From the NCBI GenBank assembly GCA_951406725.2, contig OX597830.1, positions 40,238,001 through 40,302,000 on the forward strand: 64,000 nt of DNA, written 5' to 3'. Below are positions 38,240-52,059 of the stretch, one piece after another. Origin of the DNA: Octopus vulgaris (taxonomy: Eukaryota). The notes beneath the pieces were generated by a model. That model made no database searches and was not told the DNA's origin. It saw nothing but the letters and a program-made list of their open reading frames with translations. The first letter of the stretch is position 1. Every line of letters starts with the position of its first letter. The position numbers and the translations under genes are program-made.

Positions 38240-38309
<70 letters not shown>

Positions 38310-38506
38310 GATAGTTCAGGTTGGAACACCGTTGATCCACTGTCAGGACTGACCCGGGGTTAAACAACAACTAGTCACACAGCTGTTTGTAGTGCTTCAT
38401 ATTATCAACACCTACTACAACTACTGCTGCTGCTGCTGCTACTACTACTGCTACTACTAGCCGAAATTGTAATACATAGGAGTAGCCGTTGGGGATGTAT
38501 ACACGT

Positions 38507-38539
<33 letters not shown>

Positions 38540-39012
38540 CATACCATTGTTATAACATTACTACCACTACTACTTTTTGTAGATATGACTATTATTGATA
38601 GTATTATCGCTACTATTATTACTACTACTACTACTACTGAGCGAATGTATTATTATTCGCTATTAGTTCTGATATTTCCACTGCAACTGTTTTGTCATGC
38701 GCCTCTCCATTGCTGGCAGCCTTACTGCACAATGAGAAGGAAAAAAAAAAGAACCTTGCCAGCTGTCTTCTTTCGTACTTTACCTTACTAATACCACTAT
38801 TAGTATTTTATTTCCACTACTGCTGCTGCTACTACTACTGGTATAGTTACTGATGCAGTATCCAATCGCATCTGACTCAGGCCTACACCATTATTTTTCT
38901 GCAACAGTTGTATTATTAACAGGCAATAGCTCTGAAAACGGTAGCAGGAACCAACTATCGGCTGTTGTTGCATGTCATCGGAACTGTTGATACTGTCACA
39001 CACACACACACA

Positions 39013-39058
<46 letters not shown>

Positions 39059-40302
39059 TAACATTGCAACCGCTACGGTTGATGTACTATAACATATTAA
39101 CCTTTAACGGTACGGTTGGCTATTTACGATAGCCTCTTACCTGGCACCTCTAACGACAGCTAAGCTGAAGAAGGAGCTCTTTTAAGTAATCGATTCTAAC
39201 AGGTGAAACATATCAGCTGGAATCGTCCAAAAAGCGATCTCTCTGCTGCCTTTCAACAAGGGTCGGGAGCGAACCATCAAAAGGAAGCGTTTTGTTTATT
39301 TGTCTGATATTCTATGTAATTGCTCAGTCTGTTCTTCGAAGTAGCCAAAATTCCTTTGTCAAACCATATTGTCTTTGAAGTAGGCGCTATAGAATAGTAT
39401 GGGAGTGTCCTGGGTAGGCTCTTAACCTATCTGGTGTAATAATTGAATCTTTTGTTTTTAAAATACTGTTCATAAAAATAGCATAGGAGCTTTCTGCGTA
39501 GACTTTCAAACTGCTTGATGTAACCACCGAAACCTCCCATCAAATTTAAGTACTGGCTTTAAAAAAAGGGACCGCAAAATAACAAGGGAGCTAACTACAC
39601 AGTTTTTGAATCAGTTTAAAATAGCAACCGAATCTTTGTCAGACCAGCATACTATCTATAAAACAGGGGATCACATTAGCAAATAAAGGGGTTCCTATGC
39701 AACCACTCTACCTGTTCACTATAAATCTCCTTCATGAAACATTTCTAATTTTAAAATAGGAACACATGAATCAAAATGGAGTCTCTATGCCAGGGATTGG
39801 CAACAAGTGACCATGCTTCACAAGTGGACAACTGTCATGTTCACAGACCTTGTCTAAAAATCTTTTCAAATTTAATGTCACTGAGAAGTTGATTCTCAGG
39901 TAGTTTTTAGTGTCACAATTTGATTTTTACTTGAGCATATTTTTTTTTCTCTTTCACCCCTTCCCCTATATGTGTGTGTGTGTGTGTGTGTGTTGCAATG
40001 CAGATCCTTCTACAGTGAGTAGCCATACAGATCCCCTTATAGCAATCCCCTCGTCCCTTAACATGAAACTGTTGTCCCACCTCACCTTCCTCAGGATTCA
40101 TAGTCCTGTGAATTGCATGGCAACTTCAGTTTTGGTAGTGGAACAGAAAACAAGCACCCAGTCCATTCTGTTAGGAAGGGCATTCAGCCATAGAAACTAT
40201 CATGGCAGAGCAGAGAGAGGCATTGGAGTTTCATGCAGTCTTTGGACACATTGGATCCAGCTGAATCGTCCAACCTATGCCAGCATAGAATATGCATAAT
40301 AA

Positions 40303-40374
40303 GTGATGATGATGATGATGACGATGACGACGACGACGACGATGATGATGACGATGATGACGATGATGATGATG
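40303..40374. repeat. (GAT/GAC)n microsatellite
   Basis: Direct reading. Confidence 0.95.
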
Positions 40375-40429
40375 CATTACCAGTGATGGAAATGGGATGG
40401 GGATATAAGAAATAATTTTAAAAGTAAGA

Positions 40430-40625
40430 TCATCATCATCATCCTTGTTGTCATCATTTAACATCTGTTTTCCATGCTGGCATGGGTCGGATGGTTTGAC
40501 AGGAGTTGGCAAGCTGGTTGGTTGCACCAGGCTCCAGTCGTTTGTTTTGGCTTGGTTTCTAGGGCTGGATGCCCTTCCTGATGCCAACCACTTTACAGAG
40601 TGTTCTGGGTGCTTTTTACATAGCA
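40430..40625 (-). mobile_element. RTE-type LINE 3' end
   Basis: CATTTAACATCTGTTTTCCATGCTGGCATGGG...GGATGCCCTTCCTGATGCCAACCAC. Confidence 0.75.
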
Positions 40626-41102
40626 TCAGATCACTTTTTATGTGGTACCAATGCTTTTTACATGTATGTACATATGTATGTATGTATATGTCTGTGTGTG
40701 TAGGTGGATGGGCCATGGCAAACAAAAAATTGAAAGTGGGCCATTATATAAAGAAATTGCTGACTCCTGTTCCACACATTCTCTTGACTTGCTACACATA
40801 ACAGCCAAATATTCCTCAAATTACTATCTTTTATCTTTTGTTTCCATCATTACACTGTGACCATGCTAGAGCACTGCCCTGGAAGGGTTTCAATAGAACA
40901 AATTGACCCCAGTTCTAATTTTTTAAGCTGGGAACATATTTTATCAGTTTCTTTTGCTGAACTTCTAAGTTACAGAGACATAAACAAACACTGGTTGGTG
41001 GAGGATTAGCACAAATATGAAGAAACACAAGGAAAACATGAAAAGATCATCATCTTATGTCTGTCTTTCCAGGCATGGCTGTGTGGATAAGATGTTTGCA
41101 TC

Positions 41103-41279
41103 AAGGCGGCAAGCTGGCAGAAGCGGTAGCACGCTGGGCAAAATTCTTAGCGGTATTTCATCTGCTGCTACGTTCTAAGTTCAAATTCCGCTGAGGTCAA
41201 CTTTGCCTTTCATCCTTTCGGGGTTGATTAAATGTCCTTGTTTGTCCCCTCTGTGTGGCCCCTTGTGGGCAGTGAAGAA
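41103..41279 (+). mobile_element. SINE family A inserted into a family B head, 16-bp TSD
   Basis: ATAAGATGTTTGCATC at 41087-41102 and 41280-41295; the host family B copy spans about 41070-41640. Confidence 0.85.
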
Positions 41280-42026
41280 ATAAGATGTTTGCATCCAAAC
41301 CACACATACTTTTGGATTCAGTCCCACTGCATGGCACTATAGCATCAAGTTGACCAAATCCTTGTGAGTGGATTTGGTAGATGTAAACTGAAAGAAGCCT
41401 GGATATATCTATGAGTATGTGTCTTTGTATTTGTGTTAGTCCCCCACCCCTGTTGGACAACTGGTGTTGGTTTTTTTACATCTTTATAGCTTTAAGGTTC
41501 AGCCAAAGAAACTAATGGAATAGGTAACTGAGCTTTAAAAAAATATAAGTATCAGAGGCAATCTGTTTGACTAAAACCTTTCAAGGTGGTGCCCCAGCTT
41601 GGCTGCAGTCCAATGACTGAAACAAGTAAAAGATAAAAGAAGCTTGAATGTCTTGGATCGGTCTTCTCCAACACAGCATCCTGCCACTTGTTGCATCATT
41701 TATAATTCTATATATGCAATTAGGGTTTATTAATGAATTGAAGCATTGCACAAATTTAGTGTTGTTTAAAAGTTGGAAGCCATTCCTATGACCAACCACT
41801 TCACAATATGAACTGGGAGTGTTTTATGTTGCCGCCAGCACTAAAGAGATCTGTCAGGATTAGAGTTTCCTCTCTACTGTATCGGGTTTTATTCAGAGTT
41901 ATGGCTCTCCTAGAGAGGCTGGCTTCATTGCAGCTTGCAGAAGTCTACACCTATCCTGTATATACTTTTGATCAACTGACAGCTTCAGAAATCAACCAAA
42001 TCCAATATACCCACATACATACATAC

Positions 42027-42109
<83 letters not shown>

Positions 42110-42113
<4 letters not shown>

Positions 42114-42265
42114 GTTAGGAAGGGCATCCAGCTGTAGAAACACTGCCAGATCAGACTGGAGCCTGGTGCAGACTCCTGGCTTCCCAGACCCTGGTTGAAC
42201 CATCCAACCTGTGCTAGCACAGAAAACGGACGTTAAACGATGATGATGATAATGATGATGATGAT
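42110..42265 (+). mobile_element. RTE-type LINE 3' end following a long (TA)n
   Basis: GGCGTTAGGAAGGGCATCCAGCTGTAGAAAC...GGACGTTAAACGATGATGAT. Confidence 0.8.
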
Positions 42266-43324
42266 ATATGTATATTCAGGCACATGCACACATTGTGTTA
42301 TAGACATCTTGTAATATTTTTACTCTACAAACACAACCAGAAATATACACATACTTTCAAATGCACACACACACACACATATATGTATGCATTGAAACAC
42401 ATATGCATCATTAAGCATGCACATGCACACATATGCATGCACATACACACATGCACACATATACATGCACACGCGCACGTTAAACCTACCGCTTGCTATT
42501 AAGAAATCAATGTTCTCTCAATTAGGTTTCTGATGTGCAAGGCATGAACATGCAAGAGAGATTCTGTGATGCTGATATATTTTATTTTGTAAAAGAGGAA
42601 TTATTGGCAGGAGTAAAATCAAATGACCACATCTGAGAATCAAAAGCAGGTCACAGACTTCTCTCACCAATAAATGGACATAATTGTAAACTAGACAGAG
42701 GCGTCAGTAGTGGCAGGGGAGTCATCACTGTCATCATCATCATCTAATGACCATTTTCTTCATGCTGACATGTATTGGACAATTTTACAGAATCTGGCAA
42801 GCTGCAGGCTTGTGCCAAGTTCTAGTGCCGACTTTGGCATGGCTTCTACAGCTGGATGCACTTCCTGACACCAACCACATTACAATGTGTACTGGGTGCT
42901 TTCTTTCATAGCACCAGTACTAGTGGGGTTGCTGTGTAACTTGCAATCCAAAGAAAGAACAAGGAGAAAAGGGAAAGGATAAAACTCCTTCTACGAAGTG
43001 AGGAAGAGTGAATTTGAGAGGGGAGAGGTGGTTTTATGTTGGGTGTTGAAAGTTGATAGAGGGAGAACATTCTATTCTACATAACCGTGAATTATATAAT
43101 TCTCAGAAATAGGAATCAATCCCAAAACCATTTGAAGGAATGTTACAGTAGCCTGGCAAAGGAGTGGGTTGGAAGCAGGGATAATTGTCTTTCCTTAGCT
43201 TTGAGCTTTGCTTTTAATTCTTTTGGGGGTCCATAAAATAAGTACCAGTCAAGTACTAGGGTCACTGTAACCAACTAACCCCTTTCCCTTAAATTTACCA
43301 GCCTTGTACCAAAATGTAAAAGAA

Positions 43325-43361
<37 letters not shown>

Positions 43362-43561
43362 TATTATTATTATTACTATTATTATTAATGACATTTCTTT
43401 CATCCTTACATATTGAATTCAAAATTCCATTGAGGTAAACTTAGCCTTTCATTTTCAGGTGAATGATAAAATAAGTATCAGTCAAGTACAGGGGTTGATG
43501 TAATCAACTAATCCCTTTCTCCAAAATTTCAGGCCTTATTTTGTGCTTATATCAGAGAGTC

Positions 43562-43754
<193 letters not shown>

Positions 43755-44204
43755 TAAGAAGGTGAGCTGGCAGAACCATTAATGCATAGGGCCAAATGCT
43801 CAATGGTACTTCTTCCAGGTTTACAATCTGAATACAAACTATGCTGAGTTGTGTGCTTTTGAAAGACTAACACATGTCTTCCACTTGAAATCATTATATT
43901 TCTTCATTTTGGTGCAGCTGTCATTGACATAGGAACGAGAAAACGACAAATGAGGACTGCATCCTCATTTCTTTTAACACAATTCACATCAAGAATACAT
44001 CATTGTGCCACCCCTAAACACTGATCAGTACACAGCTAGAACCCTTGCAGTCACTCCAAATACTAGGCCTCACCTTCATACAGGACCTCTCCTAGCAAAA
44101 GCACATCCTTAACATAGCTAGAGCTGCATCCTAGAGACCAGCCCTACGCTTTAGGGCCAGGGCATATTTCATCCCCAATAACTGCTGGTATTCTACAAAG
44201 GTCA

Positions 44205-45165
44205 AGGCGGGATGGCAGAAACGTTAGCACACCGGGCGAAATGCTTAGCGGTATTTCGTCTGCCGAACTGTCTGAGTTCAAATTCCGGCAAGGTCGACTT
44301 TGCCTTTCATCCTTTCGGGGTCGATTAAATAAGTACCAGTTACGCACTGGGGTCGATATAATCGATTTAATCCATTTGTCTGTCCTTGTTTGTCCTCTCT
44401 GTGTTTAGCCCCTTGTGGGTAGTAAAGAAATAGGTATTTCGTCTGCCGAACTGTCTGAGTTAAAATTCTGGCGAGGTCGACTTTGCCTTTCATCCTTTCG
44501 GGGTCGATCAAATAAGTACCAGTTACGCACTGGGGTCGATATAATCGACTTAATCCGTTTGTCTGTCCTTGTTTGTCCCTTCAGTTTTTAGCCCCTTGTG
44601 GGTAGTAAAGAAATAGGTCTTTCGTCTGCCGAACTGTCTGAGTTCAAATTCCGGCGAGGTCAACTTTGCCTTTCATCCTTTCGGGGTCGATTAAATAAGT
44701 ACTAGTTACGCACTGGGGTCGATATAATCGACTTAATCCATTTGTCTGTCCTTGTTTGTCCTCTCTGTGTTTATCCCCTTGTGGGTAGTAAAGAATTAGG
44801 TATTTCGTCTGCCGAACTGTCTGAGTTCAAATTCCGGCGAGGTCGACTTTGCCTTTCATCCTTTCGGGGTCGATTATAAGTACTAGTTACGCACTGGGGT
44901 CGATATAATTGACTTAATCCGTTTGTCTGTCCTTGTTTGTCCTCTCTGTGTTTAGCCCCTTGTGAGTAGTAAAGAAATAGGTCTTTCGTCTGCCGAACTG
45001 TCTGAGTTCAAATTCCCACGAGGACGACTTTGCCTTTCATCCTTTTGGGGTTGATTAAATAAGTACCAGTTATGCACTGGGGTCGATATAATTGACTTAA
45101 TCCGTTTGTCTGTCCTTGTTTGTCCTCTCTGTGTTTATCCCCTTGTGGGTAGTAAAGAAATAGGT
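44205..45165 (+). mobile_element. multimeric SINE family A: one head plus five tandem ~183-bp bodies
   Basis: Units start at 44251, 44434, 44617, 44800 and 44981; the array is flanked by the direct repeat GGTATTCTACAAAGGTCAAG (44187-44206 and 45163-45182). Confidence 0.9.
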
Positions 45166-45674
45166 ATTCTACAAAGGTCAAGTTAGACACAATATGAAGA
45201 TTTACTTACACATTTAGGAAGCTGCTGCTGCTGATGTACATCTGCAGATGGACCATATCTCTGATTGTTATTACATCAGACACAGACATCTTCCAGCTTC
45301 TGACCCACAAGATTGCTGTTGCTTCTCTCTCTCTCCGCCTTTTCTTTTGTTATTATAAAAGCTTTCATTCTTTGATGCTGGTTTGGCTTGTACCTTTTCC
45401 ACTCAGGTACTCCCAACCTACTCATCATTCCACTTCTCATCACCATTGTCACATCCAGCCACCAGATCAAGACTAACCATTGTAACCAGGCCTTACTTCC
45501 TTCCCCCCCAAAAAATCATCCCTCTGCAATCTTTCATTAGTCATGTCTTCCCTGCAGAGGCTGACTTGCAACACTTTAACACTTTTCTTACCATATTTCT
45601 GTTGAAATACACTCCCTCTGTTTTCTATTTATTCTGAAAATAAGGAAGAATGTTAAAATAATTTTGTCATCATA

Positions 45675-46062
45675 GGCGTAGGAGTGGCTGTGTTGTAAGT
45701 AGCTTGCTTACAAACCACATGGTTCCAGGTTCAGTCCCACTGCGTGACACCTTGAGCAAGTGTCTTCTACTCGGGCCAACCAAAGCCTTGTGAGTGGATT
45801 TGGTAGACAGAAACTGAAAGAAGTCCATCATATATAAGTATATGTGTGTGAGTGTGTGTGTGTGTTTGTGTATCTGTGTTTCTCCCCCCAGCATTGCTTG
45901 ACAACCGATGCTGGTGTGTTTACATCCCCATAACTTAGCAACTCGGCAAAAGAGACCAATAGAATAAGTCCTGGGATCGATTTGCTTGACTAAAGTTGGT
46001 GCTCCAGCATGGCCACAGTCAAATGACTGAAACAAGTAAAAGAGTAAAAAAGAGTAAAGAGT
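45675..46062 (+). mobile_element. SINE family B
   Basis: GGCGTAGGAGTGGCTGTG...AAACAAGTAAAAGAGTAAAAAAGAGT. Confidence 0.85.
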
Positions 46063-46459
46063 TTCATTAAGCTTGCGTTTGTCATCATTAAGCTGATGTT
46101 CACATGAAATTTTGAAGGAATGTTTTAATCTAGATTGCTTTAGAACAGGAAGTTTGCATCATAGGACCAGAGACAGTCTCAGGCAGATTTGCTTCAAAAT
46201 GGTTAAACAGAACAGTATTAATCTCACTGGTGTCAGAGTACATAAAAAGGCCATGGGCACAGTCACTTTCTCCAAGCACAGCAAATAAAATGCATTTCTC
46301 AGAGGAAATCACTTTACATCAAAATGTTGGGGCCCTAAGTATGAGACAGGAGCAACCTATTTTGTTTGTTCCATGTTTGAGAGTAGATTAGGGTCATCAG
46401 TGTTCCTAAGGCCTCCAATCATTTTCTTTACTGAACAGAATTGCATGTCATTCTTCCAC

Positions 46460-46718
46460 TGGCATGTGACATAGTGGTTAAGGTGTTAGACTCACGAATC
46501 ATAAGATTGTGGTTTCAATTCTTGGATAGGGCAACACATTGTGTTCTTGAGCAAAACACATCATTTCACATTTCTACAGTCCACTCAGCTGGCAAAAGCA
46601 AATAACTCTGTGAAACACTGGCACCCCATCCAGGGGTAAATATATACACACCACAGAAACTGGGAAACTGTCCCTTATGAGTCTATGGGGTTCAAGAAGG
46701 ATGCTTCATCATCATCAT
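46460..46718 (+). mobile_element. SINE family D with (CAT)n-ending tail
   Basis: TAGTGGTTAAGGTGTTAGACTC...TGTGTTCTTGAGCAAAACAC...CCACTCAGCTGGCAAAA. Confidence 0.7.
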
Positions 46719-47341
46719 CCTCTTGAATGTGGCAATAAGATGACCAACAGCAAATATTTGTTATTCAGTTTCAATCCCCAGCAGAAACCATTTTACATCA
46801 TTATACCAGCAAATGAAGTCTGCAGTATTGTTTCAATTCTCAGCAGAAACAACCAACTGTCTTGATGTTGGTGTTATAGAGATAGCAAACAATAAGATGA
46901 TAGACAGCAATTGAAGCCTACAATCTGACTTCAATTAGCAATGGAAATCCCTTCACGTCACAGATAAATGCTAACGACAATTATATAGGCCCTCCTCCTC
47001 TTCTCTCATTTGTATACATTTGAGTTGCTGTGCTTAGAAGAGAACTGACGATGGGTGGGTGGGCAGGAAATCAAAAAAAAAACACACACAAAAAACACAA
47101 AAAAAAAGTCAAATCATTATATTTCTTGTTTTAATGGAAATTTACCTCGCCCACACCTCAGGCATGCATCACAAGTAGACAACATAGTAGAAAAAAATTA
47201 ACACAAAAGAATCGCATCAAAGATATACTTTTGTTTGCATTGTATATAGCTACTAGCTTTTCATTCTACAATCTCATCTCGTTTTGATAAGCTTTCAGAC
47301 TTTTTGTAGCAACTATGTAGGTTTTTATTTTCTCTCTCTCA

Positions 47342-47343
<2 letters not shown>

Positions 47344-47431
<88 letters not shown>

Positions 47432-47506
47432 GTATATATGTATGTATATATATATATATATATATATATTCACACACACACACAGATGCATACACTTATA
47501 TGTGTG

Positions 47507-47551
<45 letters not shown>

Positions 47552-47775
47552 TATATGTATATATAAATGTATATATACATATGTACATATGTATATGTAT
47601 GTATTCATGTATGTATGTATGTATATATATGTATACACATATACATACAAACACACACATATATATATACATACACATACATATACACACATATATATAT
47701 ACACACACATATATGTATATACATATATGTGTGTGTATATGTATACATATATAAGTGTGCGCGTGTATGTGTATG

Positions 47776-47808
<33 letters not shown>

Positions 47809-47925
47809 ATATATATATACATATGTATATACATATATATATACATATAGATATGTATAAATACATTTATACACACACACACACATATATATACACACAT
47901 ATATATATTAACACACATATATATG
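47344..47925. repeat. long compound (TA)/(TG)/(CA) microsatellite field
   Basis: Direct reading; source of many spurious ORFs. Confidence 0.95.
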
Positions 47926-48034
47926 TATTTAATGTACAAAGAAAGCAAGTGAAGTGACAAAAGATACTAACCTTTTCATTGATCAATATACCATTGATTA
48001 GAAGGTGGAATCTTGCTATTGTCAATTTTCTTTT

Positions 48035-48243
48035 TTACTCTAAGCACAAGGCCTGAAATTTTTGGGGAGGGGGGCGAGTCGATTAGATCAAACCCAGTAT
48101 GCAGCTGGTACCTAATTTATCAACCCCGAAAGGAAGAAAGGCAAAGTCAATTTCTATGGAATTTGAACTCAGAACAAAAAGACAGACAAAATACCACCAA
48201 GTATTTCGCCCGGTGTGCTAACGTTTCAGCCAGCTTGCTACCT
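48035..48243 (-). mobile_element. SINE family A
   Basis: CCCCGAAAGGAAGAAAGGCAAAGTC...GGAATTTGAACTCAGAAC...TGCTAACGTTTCAGCCAGCTTGC. Confidence 0.8.
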
Positions 48244-48277
48244 TTTGTCATTTTTGTTGTTTTTCTTGTGTTACATA

Positions 48278-48356
<79 letters not shown>

Positions 48357-48501
48357 TTGTCTCCCCTTTGTATATGTATATAAGGACACAGGAAAAAAAA
48401 AATGTGTCGAAGCTATCAGGAGGCGTTCGATGCCTCCTAGGGCTATACAGCGGTGATGTACCCCCTACTGTCACGTTCTTGTTAGATTGACAGTATACAA
48501 C

Positions 48502-48532
<31 letters not shown>

Positions 48533-48754
48533 CATGTGCATGTGTATGTGTGTGTGTGTTAGTGTTCCCTCACCACTACCACCACCCCTATCGCTTGACA
48601 ACCAATGCTGGTGTGTTTAGCAGTTCGGCAAGAGATAGAATAAGTACTGGGCTTAGAAAGAATAAGTTCTGGGGTTAATTTGTTCAACTAAGGGTAGTGC
48701 TCCAGCATGGCTTGTGCCAAACAACTGAAGTAAATAGAAGAGCAAAAGAGTAAA

Positions 48755-48910
48755 AGGGTGAGGACATGCACAAGAATTATGTTAATTTACTGCTCAGTGA
48801 AAGTAGAGAGTTTTTAGCATTTTGAGCATGGCTCTTCATCGGAAATGAGAAAGGGAAAAGTCCAAAGAAGAAGAAAGGAAATTGCCAATGGCCCACGTGT
48901 AGTAACATTT
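48755..48910 (-). mobile_element. PLE-derived short repeat with degenerate hammerhead-like core at 48811-48848
   Basis: Minus strand TTT-CCGATGA-AGAGC-CAT-GCTC-AAAA-TGCT-AAAA; homologous to 18530-18735. Confidence 0.45.
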
Positions 48911-49540
48911 CTGAATCTATATAATTACATCATCATTTCATGTCCCAGGTTGGATAGTTTGATAAATTCCAATGGGCCCAGGGAGTGCGTTGGACTTCAG
49001 TGTCTGCTTTGGCTTAGGTTCTACATCTGGATGCCCTTCCTAATACCAACTGCTTTACAGAGCGCACTGGGTGCTCTTTCCCTCTCACCAGTACTACTGA
49101 GATCACCATGCAGCACACGGTACTACAAACCCCAGGGGAGGTAGGGATCAGCTTTAAACTCAAGGACGAGAAGTTAAAGTATGAAAGAGGGAAAGGAGCA
49201 GGACATGTTCTTGAAGGGGTGTCTATACACACATACACACACACACACACACACGCACACGGAACCATAAACTAACCAATCTACTACAATGAAATCCACT
49301 CCCCAGCGAGATAATCAACTTAAGAACATAATATAATGTAAGACTACCAAATTTTGACTTTACTATCATTACAGATTTATCAATTTATTTTTCAGATTCT
49401 GAAGATGTTTACTAAAACTATTAAATTGAAATGGTTGTAAATGCTACCTTCTTCTTTGTTAATTAATTAAATTAAAGACATACCAGCAAAAACAACGAAT
49501 TTCTCCTTATTATTTACATCTATTTTCTTCTCATATGTGT

Positions 49541-49815
49541 CATCATCATCATCATCATCATCGTTTAACATCCGCTTTCCATGCTAGCATGGGTTGGATG
49601 GTTCAACTGGTGTCTGGGAAGCCCAAAGGCTGCACCAGGCCAGTCAGATCTGGCAGTGTTTCTACAGCTGGATGCCCTTCCTAACGCCAACCACTCCGTG
49701 AGTGTAGTGGGTGATTTTTATGTGCCACCGACACAGGTGCCAGACGAGGCTGGCGAACGGCCATGCTCAGATAGTGTTTTTTACGTGCCACCGGCACGGA
49801 GGACAGGCGAGGCTG
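49541..49815 (-). mobile_element. RTE-type LINE 3' end
   Basis: Nearly identical to 4834-4998 and extends into the UTR repeats. Confidence 0.8.
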
Positions 49816-49819
49816 TGTG

Positions 49820-49928
<109 letters not shown>

Positions 49929-50145
49929 AATAATATATGTATATTTATATACACACATACATATGTATCTATATATATGCATATATGGGTACAGGATGTC
50001 ACCAACAGTAAACAACATGAAATACGAAAACAAATGAGTTTAATGAGCAAACAACAAGAGAAAAAATGGAAAACAGGACAAGTAATATACAGAACGACCC
50101 TTCATCAGTTGTCGGCTGTCTATCTGCTCCTCATTTTTATATATA

Positions 50146-50349
50146 CTAGTATTATAACCTGATTTCATTCGGGTCTTCTCGGGCTACATTTTAAAGATGA
50201 GGAATTTTGCCCTAGAGGCCATGCCTTTCAATTGAGCAAACTCAAAGTTACCATGCAAACTCCCCAGCAGGTCAATCCGACCACATTTACTAACACTTTT
50301 GATGGACAACTGCTTGCGAGATGTCAGAACCTTTTCACAAATATATAGA
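50146..50349 (-). mobile_element. non-autonomous Helitron (204 bp), second family
   Basis: Minus strand A|TCTATATATTTG ... hairpin ACCCGAATGAAATCAGGT ... ATACTAG|T. Confidence 0.7.
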
Positions 50350-51353
50350 TGTATGTATGTATATTTATATTTATGTGTGAGTGAGTCTGTATTTGTCCCC
50401 CTTCTTGCCATTGCTTGACAACCAATGCTGGTGTGTTCATGTCCCCATAAGTTAGTGGCTCAGCAAAAGAGACCGACAGAATAAGTACTAGGCTTACAAA
50501 CAATAAATCCTGGGGGATAATTTTTACGACTATAACCCTTTAAGGCAGTGCTCCAGCATGGCTACAGCCAAATGACTGAAATAAGTGATGAAATAGATAT
50601 ACTCACACCCATGCACACAACCACACCTGCATGAGCATGTGTGTGTGTGTCTGTGTGTGCATGCATGTCTATGTGTGAGTGTGTGCATGAGAGAGAGGGA
50701 GAGAGTGAGAAAGAAAGGAAGAAAAGAGAGAGAGAGAGAGTGTGTGTGTGGGAGGAAGGAGAAAGCGATCATATAAAGCTCTGCTTGAATTCACTGTCTA
50801 AAAGTAACTTCTTTGATTTTTACCATTATTCGTCAATTCAACTTATATGAAATCAGAATTAATAAATCAGGATTTATTACCTTTTCTCTTTCTCTCTTTC
50901 TTTCCCCCCCATATCATTCTCTTCCTCCCTTCCCCTCTTCTTCCCTTTTCCTCTTCCTCCCTTCTCCTCTCCCTCCCCCACCTCTCTTGTATTCTACAAA
51001 CCTTATGAACTCTCAATTTCCAATAACAAAGAACACAAAATAGTCATAAAACAGTCATGCTTGTTAGTTTATTTATTTATATACATATATGTTTGTTTGT
51101 TTGTTTGTTTCATTGATTTTTTTTTTTTTTGATTTTTATTTAGTCCCAGCCACAGGTCAACCTTGACTGAACAACACTTATAATCAATAATACATCAGCT
51201 ATGACCATCACAGTCTTGGATTCGAGTGAGATTTTGCTGCTATTTCTAGTAGGTCAAGTTATCATACAGAGTAGCAGGTCCCTGGCACTTTTCTCACCAG
51301 TTTCATGCAAGACTTAATCAATGCACTGAGGGATCATGCACATAACAAAACGC

Positions 51354-51665
51354 AACAAGAACACTCAGAGAGTGCAAACCTCGACCAAGGCAACACCAAT
51401 GTCCTATCAATGATTAGTCAGAGATGATTTTTAAAATGAGAATATCTGAAATAAACTCGACTGCTCTCACAAACGAGAATACTAAAAATATACCTGGCCG
51501 CTCTCAAATATAAAATTTTAAAAAAAGGGAAAAAATGATCCAGAATCCTTGTCCGACACCAGATCGATCCCAAAATTTAATCAGTTCCTGCCAGTCACAA
51601 CGCCAAACATCCCTGAAAGTTTCATTTGAATCCATTCAGCGGTTTTTGAGATATCTTGTCAAATA
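51354..51665. mobile_element. Helentron-associated (HINE-like) non-autonomous element
   Basis: AACAAGAACACTCAGAGAGTGCAAACCTCGACCAAGG start and GATCCCAAAATTTAATCAG...AAAGTTTCAT..AATCCATTCAGCGGTTTTTGAGATATC body, followed by microsatellite; these motifs resemble that class as I recall it. Confidence 0.45.
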
Positions 51666-51677
51666 CAATAACATGCG

Positions 51678-51708
<31 letters not shown>

Positions 51709-51754
51709 AAACATATATCATCGTTTAACATCCACCTTCCATGCTGGCAAGAAT

Positions 51755-51888
51755 AAACAGACATAGACAGATAGATAGACAGACAGACAGAGACAGACAG
51801 ATAGATAGATAGATAGATAGACTGATAGATAGATGGATGGATGGATGGATGGATGGATGGATGGACAGACAGATAGACAGATATATAT

Positions 51889-51953
<65 letters not shown>

Positions 51954-52003
51954 GACTGACAGACAGATAAGCAGGTATGCAGACAGACAGACAGATACAT
52001 AGG

Positions 52004-52059
<56 letters not shown>

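Noticed and set aside
44251-45165. CRISPR-like or satellite array
   Set aside because: There are no unique spacers; the units are SINE bodies, and the context is eukaryotic.
46065-46865. Merlin/ISXO2-like transposase relic (FFTEQNCMSFF, ECGNKM, WFLLGIET)
   Set aside because: The motifs are short and lie on opposite strands, and no TIRs were found.
47284-47960. Overlapping YIYI/CVCV ORFs (also at 12.4-13, 31, 35-36.6, 49.6-50.1 and 51.6-52.2 kb)
   Set aside because: Stop-free translations of dinucleotide and tetranucleotide microsatellites.
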